In this document: positions 1-9,559 of the stretch, in pieces
Layout of the letters: each line of letters begins with the position of its first letter
How positions within the stretch are numbered: position 1 is the first letter of the stretch
The notes under the pieces: model-generated
Databases searched by the model: none
Seen by the model: only the letters and a program-made list of their open reading frames with translations
What the model was told of the DNA's origin: nothing
Assembly: GCA_038131935.1 (NCBI GenBank)
Contig: JAYPQH010000009.1
Span: forward strand, 1 to 31,462
Direction: 5' to 3'
Source: Alphaproteobacteria bacterium
GTDB taxonomy: Bacteria; Pseudomonadota; Alphaproteobacteria; UBA8317
Length of the DNA: 31,462 bases
Position numbers and translations under genes: made by a program

Positions 1-26
1 AGATGGATAAGCGCAAGATCGAACAT
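1..26 (-). CDS. Possible 5' end of a gene running off the window (MFDLALIHL...), perhaps a DUF299/PPDK-regulatory kinase-pyrophosphorylase
   Basis: ATG at 26 reads MFDLALIHL to the window edge, and the frame is also open from ATG 116. LIHL resembles the N-terminal (I/L)HLVSDS of DUF299 proteins that flank alphaproteobacterial oriC. Only about 9 codons are visible. Confidence 0.25.
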
Positions 27-134
27 ATCTGCTCGAATCAAATAACTTGATGAATCAAACAACGATGATAGACAGAATACGCAATGAGTGCACTTATTTT
101 GCTCTGGCAATTGCATATATTCAAAGATTTGAAC

Positions 135-143
135 TGTGGATAA
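135..143 (-). promoter_or_regulatory. DnaA box (TTATCCACA on minus strand)
   Basis: TGTGGATAA at 135-143, a perfect match to the consensus DnaA box. Confidence 0.7.
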
Positions 144-215
144 ATTTACAATTTGTTAAGGTAATTTAGGTAAATTTTTTTCGATATTATGTTGATTATA
201 CAAGCTTTGATGAGG

Positions 216-224
216 TTATCCACA
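216..224 (+). promoter_or_regulatory. DnaA box (TTATCCACA)
   Basis: Perfect consensus. With its flank it forms a 10-bp inverted repeat with 134-143. Confidence 0.7.
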
Positions 225-263
225 GGCGCGGCAATTCTTGTCACAAAATTTTAAAAAAAGTTG

Positions 264-292
264 TTGTTGCATCAATAGGACGGTGTTATAAC
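264..292 (+). promoter_or_regulatory. Putative sigma70 promoter
   Basis: TTGTTG (264-269), 17 bp spacer, TATAAC (287-292), with extended -10 TG at 284-285. Confidence 0.4.
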
Positions 293-401
293 AAATCCCA
301 TTATTTTGGGTGCGAAACGTTGCGCAAGGTTTTACAAACACTTGTCAAGTAATGTTTTGTGCTTACTTACATTTTTTTGAATAACGAAAGGTGAACTCCT
401 G

Positions 402-702
402 ATGAGTGCATTTGACCCTGATTTGCATCAACGCGCAATTCTCCATACTGCCGAGCAGCAACTTTGGTGGGCCGTGATGCGTGCAACGTTAGAAGATGCG
501 TGCAAGGGCCGTGATTTGGATGAGAGAGAGTATGCGCGTGATTGGATTGCTGGGCGTCGCTTTCCGTAAGGACCGCGATATGATCTGCTCTTTTTGTAAT
601 CTTGAGCCTGATTGGATGGATCGTTTGGCTTTGCATCTTGAAACATCTGGTTGGAAATTAGCAAGTTTACCTAAGGGACTATTGCTCGACGCAGAGGGTT
701 AA
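402..702 (+). CDS. Small hypothetical protein (~99 aa), phage-like family, one frameshift near 550-560
   Basis: ATG 402 reads MSAFDPDLHQRAILHTAEQQLWWAVMRATLEDACKGRDLDEREYARDWIAG. It continues in the 496..702 frame as VAFRKDRDMICSFCNLEPDWMDRL. GAAAGGTG lies upstream. Confidence 0.55.
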
Positions 703-741
703 TGGCTTACCTTCCTCATCTCAGTTGGTGAGGAGGATTAC

Positions 742-1502
742 TTGAGAAAAAACGCACTTGTAACCGGAGCTAGCAGCGGTATTGGGCTTGAGCTCGCATT
801 GGAGCTTGGTGCTCGTGGTTACCATGTTGTTTGTATCGCATCTGGTGAAGGCAAATTGGCTAAGGCCATTCAGCTCCTTCATAGCAAGGATATTCTGCGG
901 AATATTATGTCCTGTGACTTGTCAAAACTGGCAGAACGACAAAGGTTTGATAGCTGAATTTTCAAGGGAGATCAATCCATTTTCTTGCCAACAATGCTGG
1001 TGTTGGGATGCTGGGTCCGTTTCTTGAGGTTGGATTGCACACACATCAGAATATATGTAGTTTGAACATCGATGCCGTTCAGCATTTGTGTCATGCGTTT
1101 GGTAAAACCATGCAGGATAATCGACATGGATATATCATCAATGTAGCATCTGTTGCTGGGTTTATTCCCGGACCAGATATGGCAAGTTATTTTGCCTCCA
1201 AAGCTGCGGTGATTTCATTTTCCTTAGCCTTAAGAGAAGAATTGAAATCAAGTTCTGTGCATGTCACAGCCTTATGTCCAGGTATAACGAAAACGTCATT
1301 TTTTGAACGTGCACAATGCCAACAGAACTTTTTGAAGGCGCCTTCATTTTTGATTGGTGATGCACGTGTTGTAGCACGTGACGCCATTAATGCGGTCATC
1401 AAGAATGAAGCCATATGTATCCCAGGAAAATTGAACAAAATAGCTGTTCGATTGGCCAAAGCCTTACCATCACAATGGCTATCAGCACTTTCTCATCGGT
1501 AG
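742..1502 (+). CDS. SDR family NAD(P)-dependent oxidoreductase (frameshifted near 880-990)
   Basis: TGASSGIG glycine motif, NNAG just before 1008, NVASVAG, catalytic YFASK and CPG. SD AGGAGG at 731-736. Confidence 0.9.
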
Positions 1503-2367
1503 AAGTAATTTCCTAGGCAATATTTTTCCATCAATGATTAAGAGCCCTAGGATATTCGTAAAAAGCCCCGAAAACTGATATAAGGAGACATCTTCTCCTA
1601 ATAAGGTTATGCCAATAACCAGGGCAACCGCCGGCACCATGAGGGTAACAAGCATCAAATTGACGGCACCTGACAGGGTTAAAATCATGAAAAAGCACAT
1701 AAGCCAGAGCTGTTCCCACTGATCCAAGAACAACAATAGCCCAAAAACCCTGACTCCCTATAGAGATACCATATTCCTAATCCTGAAATGCAAAAAGGTT
1801 AATATGAAACTTGCTGCCCAATACTTGAAAAATGCAATATTTAAAAATCCAGTCGGCAAGCGCTTGGCCAAAACGGTTGACACAGCATAACTATTAGCCG
1901 CCAACAAAACAGCCAGTGCATAAATGATGCTGGTACTTTTTATGGTAATATTTTCCCAAAGTGCCAACAGAAGTCCTAGAAATCCAATCAAAATACCAAT
2001 CAGTTTTCTCTTATGGAACGGTTCATCTTTTTGTTAAAAAATGGGCATAAATGATGCCAAATAAAGGAACAGTTGCATTCAGCAATGATGCAAAAGATGA
2101 GGTTAGCCCTGTTTGACCATAAGCAATCAAACCAAATGGAATAACATTATTACCAAGACCTAAAAGCATCATGCCCATGATCATTAATGGACTTGGTAGT
2201 TTGGTGAAAAAGTACCAAAATGGCATGAGGCATAAAGCGGCGACACTAACCCGTAACCATGCTAATGTCAGCGGATCATAAGTTTCCAATCCTATTTCTA
2301 TACATGCAAAGGAAGCACCCCAAATAAGACTGAGTGCAACAAACAAACCCCACGCCATTGTGCTCAT
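1482..2367 (-). CDS. DMT/EamA family transporter (split into several fragments)
   Basis: LSLIWGASF, LAWLRV, GQTGLTSSFASLLNATVPLF, GTALAYVLF and GITLLGE are spread over fragments 2023-2367, 1758-1991 and 1482-1736. Confidence 0.85.
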
Positions 2368-2683
2368 TTGTTGTCCTTTAGAAACTTAAAAAAACCCTCG
2401 GTGGTAGATGCTTTAATGCAAACAACCGCTGGATCTTGATAAGGATGAATAGATGGTAATTGGGTCATAATGTCCATAACTTTGCCATCCATTGCTTTAA
2501 TGAAGAGGTAATATTCTTCAGCTTCAACAAGCTCATCACCATCTTGATATATAGATATACCACCTGGGATAATATTCACGCAGAACGCTAATTTTTCTGA
2601 AACCAATTGTTTTGCTATGCGTTTGGCATCCTTTTTTTGTTGGAACATGTTGTGTAAATGAGATCTAGATTCTCTTGTATCAT
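2364..2683 (-). CDS. cutA: Divalent-cation tolerance protein CutA (frameshift in A7 run ~2632-2638)
   Basis: ATG 2683 reads [17 protein letters not shown], then AKRIAKQLVSEKLAFCVNIIPG..SIY..E..HPY..P, the CutA signature. ATGA overlaps with both neighbours. Confidence 0.9.
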
Positions 2684-3373
2684 CCACGCTGTTCCCATTT
2701 TAACATGATCTGCTCTTGGACCTTATGGACCAAACCCTTTGATGAAAAAACCCAAGAGGAAATCTGCATCCATTTTGGTGATGCTTTAAGAGCATTATCC
2801 CTGTTAACCCCGAGAAAACTGTTTGCAAACATATAACATAATTCCAAGTCATGAGATGTCATAACGATTGCTGTGACCTTGATCGCATAGTTTTGCGCAG
2901 ACTTGAAAATATTTCCGATCGATCTGGTGGATCAAGTGCAGCAAAGGGTTCATCTAAAAAATGCACCAAGCCTGGACTGATCAATGAACGACACAGTCGA
3001 ACACGTGCCAACTGTCCATATGAAATTTCGTTCGTATATTTATCAAGAATATGATCGATACCTAAGTTGGTAATCATGGCTGCAAACTGAGCTGTCTCCA
3101 AATCCATACCTGATAGTTGCAATACTTCCCGAACAGATAGAGGCCAGTGAATTTGATTGGATTTGAGAGGTAAGTTGTTTGCACGAAACGTTTTATATCT
3201 CCTGAGTGGGGGGGCAATAATCCTGCTAATGTTTTAAGAAGTGTTGATTTTCCTGCACCATTTGGCCCGACAATAACCATCAATTCACCGATGTCTATGT
3301 TCAAATCCAAAGGTCCAATGGGAGGGGACTGAGGATGAGCACTCATCAGCATTTTTGTGGATATTACTGCCAT
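2680..3373 (-). CDS. btuD: ABC transporter ATP-binding subunit, BtuD/FepC-like (frameshifted)
   Basis: Walker [10 protein letters not shown], signature-like SYGQ, Walker B/D-loop [10 protein letters not shown] and H-loop SHDL in three fragments. Substrate inferred from context. Confidence 0.8.
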
Positions 3374-4343
3374 TGCTTCGCCCCACGTAATGCAACATGA
3401 AGAAAGATAGGGGCTCCCAGTAGCCCTGTGACCACACCCAATTGCAACGGGATTCCACCCGATAAATGCAGCACCAATTGGTCTGCAAACAACGTCAACA
3501 ATGCCCCGCCCACAGCACTTGGCCACAGTAAGTTTTGATGGTAAAGCACCAAAGATACAATCTAAGAAGGTGTGGCACAATGATTCCAACAAACCCTACA
3601 ACACCTGCCACAGCGACACTTGAGGCCACAATCAAGCTGGACCCAATAATTAAAAAAAAACCAACTTTGACAAAGGATGTTCCCAGTGATTGCGCTTCAT
3701 CTATACCTAAACTTAAGCGGTCAAGATGTTTTCCTTGATAACTTATAAGCCATAATCCAACCAAGGTACTTGGGAAAAACCAAACCATATCTTCAAGCTT
3801 CACATTGGCCACACTTCCAAGAAGCCAGCGCATGACCTCAAAAGCGGCGAAAGGTGAGGGGGCTAGGTTTAAAAACAGTGATATCAAAGCTGCGGCAAGC
3901 GCATTTAATGCAACCCCAGAAAGGATAAGAACAGTGCTGTTTAATTGCTGGTAACGTACAAGACTATAAATGACTCCTATTGCCAATATGGAACCAAATA
4001 AAGCTGTCAGAAACAATAACCAACCTGAGGACCAGCCCACCCAATAAAACCCAATCACACAACATAAAGCTGCTGTAGAAGACACACCTAACAAAGAATG
4101 ATCAGCTAGAGGATTGCGGGTAAAACCTTGCATGGCAGCACCGGCCATTCCTAGTCCTGCACCCAATAAAATGGCCGCACATGGTCTTGGAAACCTAATT
4201 TCAATAAAAATAGGCCAGGCCCATGGATCCCCTAAAAGCGCTTGAACAAACAACTCTGGACCCAAAGCCCCTTGAGTAAGCGAAAAAAGAAACATGGCCA
4301 CCAATAAGAGAAGAAGAAATTTCATAGGTAATATTTGCTTCAT
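3364..4343 (-). CDS. btuC: FecCD/BtuC family ABC permease (frameshift near 3550)
   Basis: [32 protein letters not shown] and [12 protein letters not shown] motifs. Confidence 0.9.
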
Positions 4344-5128
4344 TTTATGGCCTGTCTTAGATCTTGTAGCCATTGAATAGTCCAAGGCCCTGGGCAATTC
4401 CAATATTTTGATTGTGCACCGAGCACCAAGCTATTTTTATGCAAGCCTTGAGATAATTCCATGTCACGTATCATCTGGCCTGACAGATCAAGTGCGTTTC
4501 CGACTTTTTCTAAAATAATGATATCCGGAGGGTTATGCAGCAATTCTTCTCTCTCGACCTTATAACTCCATCCATTATGTTGTTTCCATGACGTCAACCC
4601 CGCCCAAGTTAACCATTGCATGGCTGGGTGGTCTGTTCCTAGGGCATAACCACGAGGAGCAATGATAAGAACGCTTTGAGATTGGAAAAGCCCCTTGACC
4701 GTTTCGAGGGCCTTTTGAGCTTGTTTGGGCGCATTCACGGGAAAAGACAGGCCAAAGACATTAACTTTTCCAGATTGCTTGCCCAAAATATTGGGTTTCC
4801 TGTCTCATTCAATCGCACTGTTTTTATGTGATCTCTTTGAAAATATGCGTGACAAAGGCCGGCACATATTGATCAAAATAAGCTTTGTCACGTTTTGTGC
4901 CAAAAATGTCCTCAACATTGGCGTGTAAAACGGGAAACTGGCGGGCCTTTTCTGCCATGGGTGAAAGGTTGTCATCTGATGAGGTGTAACCAAAGCCTGC
5001 CATATCTTCTTGGTGATCATAATAAAGCAACCATTGATCAGCGCAAAAACTCAAAGATGCAAGTTTGGCCGTTGCATCAGATGCAAACAGACAAGATAAA
5101 ACTGCTATGCTTTTAGCACATGTCGCAC
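4340..5128 (-). CDS. btuF: Periplasmic cobalamin-binding protein, BtuF-like (frameshifted; start uncertain)
   Basis: Signal-like N-terminus, then SLSFCADQWLL (cf. SLNLCTDQLL of alphaproteobacterial B12-binding proteins), EELL..PDIII and WNCPGP. Located between receptor and permease. Confidence 0.75.
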
Positions 5129-5132
5129 GGTG

Positions 5133-7130
5133 TCAGAACGCAAACGAAACACCTGTGAATACACCCAAACCTGGCTGAAGATAATGGAGTGTTTGATTGC
5201 CAACAAAGTCATCAGAGAGGGTGTACCGATCATCAAAAAGATTGTTGATATCAGCATGTATAGTTATGTTTTTGCTCACTTGATAGCGTGCGTGAATATC
5301 CACGACAAAAAAATCATCAAGCATAGGGTGAGGATCAAACAAACCATAAATTTCACTGGATGTGTCAAACCTTGTACTCATATGAAACCGTGATCTTAAC
5401 CCTGCATTCCATGACCCTTCTTTAAAATAGAACCCTAGTTGTCCCGCATGACGGGGAACGCCATTGGCAATCTTTTGTTTTCCATTGACATCATTATTTC
5501 GAGATAAGGTGTAGGTGTAATCAGCATGGATATGCAAAGGATCTAAGGCCCAAGTTGTGAACCATTCAAGCCCATAAGCTGTGCTTGTTCCCTGTGGTTG
5601 AACGTAACGGGTATCTTGATAACCCGATGCTACGTAAAGATCATCATCAAAAAATATTTTGTTTTTAATATCACGTTTAAATAGCTGCAAACCCACCGTG
5701 ACATCATCAAGCATCACTTCAAAACCCATATCAAAGGATCTTGATTTCTCTGCTGACAATCCACTTGCACCCACGACAGCGTTGTCTGGACTGTTTAGTG
5801 ACGGACGATATAGTTCATATAAAGAGGGCGCTCGGTAGCCTGTCTCAACATTTCCTTGAACAGACAACCAATTCGTTAATTCCAATCGCGACCCGAATGC
5901 AAATGTTAAAAAGTTGTCTTCATAGGCGTGGTTTTCCCAACGTAATCCTGTGTGTGTGCTACTTTGTCAAAAGGTTTCAAATGGATCGGCATACAATCCC
6001 CAACTATCTATGCCTTCACTAAGATAGCCTTCTGATGTCTGTAACTTTAGACGTTCGTCCGTATATGCTCCACCAAAACTCACAACCCCCAAGTCATAAT
6101 CAAGAATGAAGCGCGCATCACCATGTCGTCTATCACCGAGATAATCATCTCTTGCGTCATAAAAATATCTTGTACCATCGAAGACATAACTTCCTGATGA
6201 ATATTGCTCTACGCGGTCTGATAGGCGTTGCTGAAACGAAAATACACCTGATAGCAACCAAGCATCAGTTTCCAACAATGGCATATCAGCTGATAAACGG
6301 TAGGCTTTACTTTCGACATGCTGGCCAATGATATCAGCCTCTGGCACGTTAAGCTCAAATTTTGAGTCATACTCAGTCTCTGTTTCTCCATATTGCGCCA
6401 CAAATTCTAGTGTAGCGCCAGGTGAAAATTCATGTTGTAGAGAGGTCGCTATAAATTTTGGGAAGACGCGTCTTTCTCTTGGTCTTGTGCAATTGAGGAC
6501 CTATTTTGAATTTCACCCCGGATACATAAAGACCAAAAATCTATGTTTCATCGGATGTTTGAAATTTTGTATACCCGTCCAAATCGCCATTTTGCCGAAC
6601 ACGAAGCAATCCCACCTGGCTACTTTTTGCTTGTTGTCCAGCATCAAAAATTTTGCATTCACCACACCTGAAACTGCATTTGCGCCGTATAGTGGCCCAG
6701 ATGAACCTCGCAATACCTCTACCCGTGACATTCCCATAACGGGTAAAAAGTTCAGCAATGGTTCGGTTTGGGGCGCGGTAACGTCTGACAAATCTATGCC
6801 ATCGAGGGTTGCCTTCATGTAATACCCTTCAGCACCTCGAATTCTAAGGCTTCCACGCGACCCTGGCCCACCATTCCTTGTCGCTTAAACACCAGGAATA
6901 CCATGACTTAATTCGAGGATATCTTGCGGAGAAAAATCAATGATTTCTTCCTCTGTTCGTGCAGTTACCCGACGAGACAATTGATCAGAACCAATGGGCG
7001 AAAGGGAACCTGAAACAATAATGTCAATTTGATCTTTTGATATCATATTTGTGGTTTGCTGTGCCTGTCCATCTGGAACTATAAACAAACAGCACGCGAA
7101 CGCGTAGCACCATTTAGCCATGCGCATCAT
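5133..7130 (-). CDS. btuB: TonB-dependent outer-membrane receptor, BtuB-like (at least 4 fragments)
   Basis: Signal peptide, TonB-box-like DIIVSG, plug motif RVEVLRGSSGPLYGANAVSGVVN, GYRAPSLYELY, L.AEKS, NNLFD and C-terminal Phe. Directly downstream of a cobalamin riboswitch. Confidence 0.9.
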
Positions 7131-7247
7131 CCTTTTCCCAAAAAGCTGAGCATGACCAAAAGGCAAGCCACAGCTGCGATCTATAACAAATCACCGCTGC
7201 GGTTTCTGCCGCCATCTTTCGCACCCCGCGAAGATGTGGGTGAAGCC

Positions 7248-7405
7248 CATAGGCAGGTCTCCTGACTTCTAGGTCTATGTTTCAGCTCAACCTTCCCGGT
7301 TTCCCAGTGGTTATAAAATGAGCCGTCACTCACTAGTCACAGTTGCGGGGGCAGTTCCGGATACGAACCGGATTCCCTTTTCATTGGCGTTAAGCCAAAC
7401 CTATA
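7248..7405 (-). ncRNA. Cobalamin (B12) riboswitch
   Basis: Minus strand contains the canonical elements in order: AGGGAA-TCCGGTTCGTATCCGGA-ACTGCCCCCGCAACTGT, CCACTG..GGGAAGG and the B12 box AGTCAGGAGACCTGCC. Confidence 0.97.
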
Positions 7406-7415
7406 AGTAATTATG

Positions 7416-7444
7416 AATATCAAGAGGTTTCTCAAAAGGGTCAA
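7416..7444 (-). promoter_or_regulatory. Putative promoter of riboswitch-btuB operon
   Basis: TTGACC, 17 bp spacer, GATATT on the minus strand, which places the TSS at about the riboswitch 5' end. Confidence 0.5.
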
Positions 7445-7495
7445 TATGTTCTTTTGGGGTTAAGACGAAAGTGTTGCTTATGGATATAGATTTTG

Positions 7496-7948
7496 ATGAT
7501 TACTGAATTGTTGCAAGCACAGGCTACTCAATCATTTGTTTTACAAATTTTGTTTGGGTTCTGTGCACTCTTGATGGGACTGATATTGGTAACTGTTATA
7601 AGATTTGCCCGTGCAGGGGTGTGGCGTCATTTATCTCAAGATCAAAAACTCTCACCTCTTGATTTGTTTACTTTAAGAAAAACCGTAAGAGCGATAGAAA
7701 TTATTGCACAAATAGCGCCAATGCTGGGCTTATTAGGAACTGTTTTGGGTATGATAGAGGTGTTCCAAGTTGTGGCTTCGCAAACAGGCATGGCACAACC
7801 GTCAGATATGGCGACGGGCATTTGGGAAGCTTTGTTGACAACCGCCATGGGCCTAATTGTAGCAGTTCCCGCATCTTTGGCTGCAGCATTTTTTGAAACT
7901 TCTTTAGAACGGCATTACCCTCCATCTACGATGGGAGAAAACTCATGA
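7496..7948 (+). CDS. exbB: MotA/TolQ/ExbB proton channel protein (short form)
   Basis: IAQIAPMLGLLGTVLGMIEVF and GIWEALLTTAMGLIVAVPA. Confidence 0.92.
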   Translation: MITELLQAQATQSFVLQILFGFCALLMGLILVTVIRFARAGVWRHLSQDQKLSPLDLFTLRKTVRAIEIIAQIAPMLGLLGTVLGMIEVFQVVASQTGMAQPSDMATGIWEALLTTAMGLIVAVPASLAAAFFETSLERHYPPSTMGENS

Positions 7949-8301
7949 GGGCAGGGCGAAGCCTTGTTTTGACAAGTATGGTGGATCTTGTGTTCATCCT
8001 ACTGATTTTTTTCCTACTGGCGTTGTCACTGCAAAAACCCTCTGTGACAAGCATCCCGCTACATGGTTTAGCCATCAAGCAAGAGCGTCAAAACAAAATT
8101 AAAGTACTCGATATACATGATGAGTTTTTGATGTTTATGGGTGAAAGGCTTAACAATCATGACTTATCAAATTGGCTCACCCAGCATGACAATAGGGATA
8201 TTGTTCTTTTGAGGGCTCGCGACGGTGTGACTTGGCAAAGTATGAGAGACGTCATCGATATTTTAGAAAGTGCCGAGGTTGAATATGGCTTCATTCGTTA
8301 A
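7945..8301 (+). CDS. exbD: ExbD/TolR family protein
   Basis: LTSMVDLVFILLIFFLL TM segment with the conserved Asp; C-terminal V.LRA...V.D.L. Confidence 0.88.
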   Translation: MRAGRSLVLTSMVDLVFILLIFFLLALSLQKPSVTSIPLHGLAIKQERQNKIKVLDIHDEFLMFMGERLNNHDLSNWLTQHDNRDIVLLRARDGVTWQSMRDVIDILESAEVEYGFIR

Positions 8302-8632
8302 ACTTCAACAGGGTTATCTTCTGGCCATGATTAACGTAGGGTTGCTGTTGTTGATGTTTGTTGTCGTTATGGGAACAGGTCGGCCTGAAGGGTTTAACGA
8401 CCTAGCAGTCGGAACGCGTGATAGAGCCATCTATCAAGGACTTGATGCATTTGGGTGGGCAAGCAACAAAGATAATGCGACCATCATCAATTCCATCAAA
8501 GTGGACAGCGCAAGTGAGATTGTGATTTGGCTCGATAAAGATGCTGATATGATATCTTTTTTAGCATTTACTGATCTCTTGAAACAAATTGGGGTGGAGA
8601 AGATACATCTCGCCTACTGGGGCACGTCATAA
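8285..8632 (+). CDS. Second ExbD-like protein
   Basis: LAMINVGLLLLMF TM segment and IWLDKDA..LK.IG..KI C-terminus; located between exbD and tonB. Confidence 0.7.
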   Translation: MASFVKLQQGYLLAMINVGLLLLMFVVVMGTGRPEGFNDLAVGTRDRAIYQGLDAFGWASNKDNATIINSIKVDSASEIVIWLDKDADMISFLAFTDLLKQIGVEKIHLAYWGTS

Positions 8633-9559
8633 ATGGTGTCCATCGCAAAAAAGAGTGACTGGTTGTTGGCTTTTTTATTGGTAGCTGGAGCTGCTGGGTT
8701 ATTTTTTTCCACTTCAGAACCGTCAAACCTATCCAATCCCACAACGGAGACAAACCAAAGCCTTTTGGACAAAACAAACGAGAAATATCAACGGTTTACT
8801 GAAATGAATTTGTATGAATGGTCAGACATTATCCAAACGAAAAACATCAATACCATCAATAACGACCAAAACATCTTGCAACCTTCATTCCCTGAACATA
8901 CATCACCATCAAGCGAGAACGAAAATATCTCAATACAATCAGAGGTATACCATACTGAAACTCCAACATTGGATGGACAGATACCTTCTCCTATTCAAGC
9001 AAACATGCCGGTATTTATTGACGACCTCCCTCCAAGTCATCCTACCATCACACCCATACCAATAAAGATGGTAAATCCAGTTGAGGACATTGTCCAAAAA
9101 GTTCAAGAAATCAAATCAATAGATCTTATTAATGACAACCCATATGATCTTTTGAGCCGACCTAAGCCGCGTCCAACAAATATTTCACGGTTGCCTTTAC
9201 AGAAAAGTGTAACCAAGACAGATACATCAAATTCTACGGACGCATTGGAGAAACAACAAAATAATTTGGTCTACAGAAGCTCAATTATAAGCCTCGTTAA
9301 ACAAAACATTATCTATCCCCGGCGGCTAAAAAGGCTTGGAATTGGCGGCGTGGGGTCTCTTGTTATCACCATTCAACCAGATGGATTGGTGGACTCTTTT
9401 CAGATCACTCAGAGTACGGGTCATGAAGGCCTTGATAAAGCTATAGTTGACAGCATATCAAAATCTGTTCCATTTCCCCCGCACACAGACGATCCATTTT
9501 TGACGGTGGAAATGTCTATCTGTTTTCAGCAAGAAAGTTGTTCATATGTCTATAAGTAA
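8633..9559 (+). CDS. tonB: TonB family energy transducer
   Basis: N-terminal TM helix, Pro/polar-rich linker, C-terminal YPRRLKRLGIGG...I.PDG.V...STG...LDKA...PFPP. Confidence 0.88.
   Translation: MVSIAKKSDWLLAFLLVAGAAGLFFSTSEPSNLSNPTTETNQSLLDKTNEKYQRFTEMNLYEWSDIIQTKNINTINNDQNILQPSFPEHTSPSSENENISIQSEVYHTETPTLDGQIPSPIQANMPVFIDDLPPSHPTITPIPIKMVNPVEDIVQKVQEIKSIDLINDNPYDLLSRPKPRPTNISRLPLQKSVTKTDTSNSTDALEKQQNNLVYRSSIISLVKQNIIYPRRLKRLGIGGVGSLVITIQPDGLVDSFQITQSTGHEGLDKAIVDSISKSVPFPPHTDDPFLTVEMSICFQQESCSYVYK

Noticed and set aside
367-664. Minus-strand ORFs 367..636 and 428..664
   Set aside because: They are shadows of the plus-strand 402..702 gene, with no recognisable motifs.
2630-2640. Programmed frameshift or phase variation at the cutA A7 run
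   Set aside because: Indels are pervasive in neighbouring genes, so a homopolymer sequencing error is more parsimonious.
5090-5135. Stop-codon readthrough fusion of btuB to btuF (frame stays open after TGA)
   Set aside because: BtuB ends in the required C-terminal Phe, and a one-base loss in an A run after GTG 5128 explains the missing btuF start.
8760-9260. Low-complexity Pro/Thr/Asn-rich stretch as a repeat element
   Set aside because: It is the ordinary TonB periplasmic linker, and no nucleotide repeat unit was seen.
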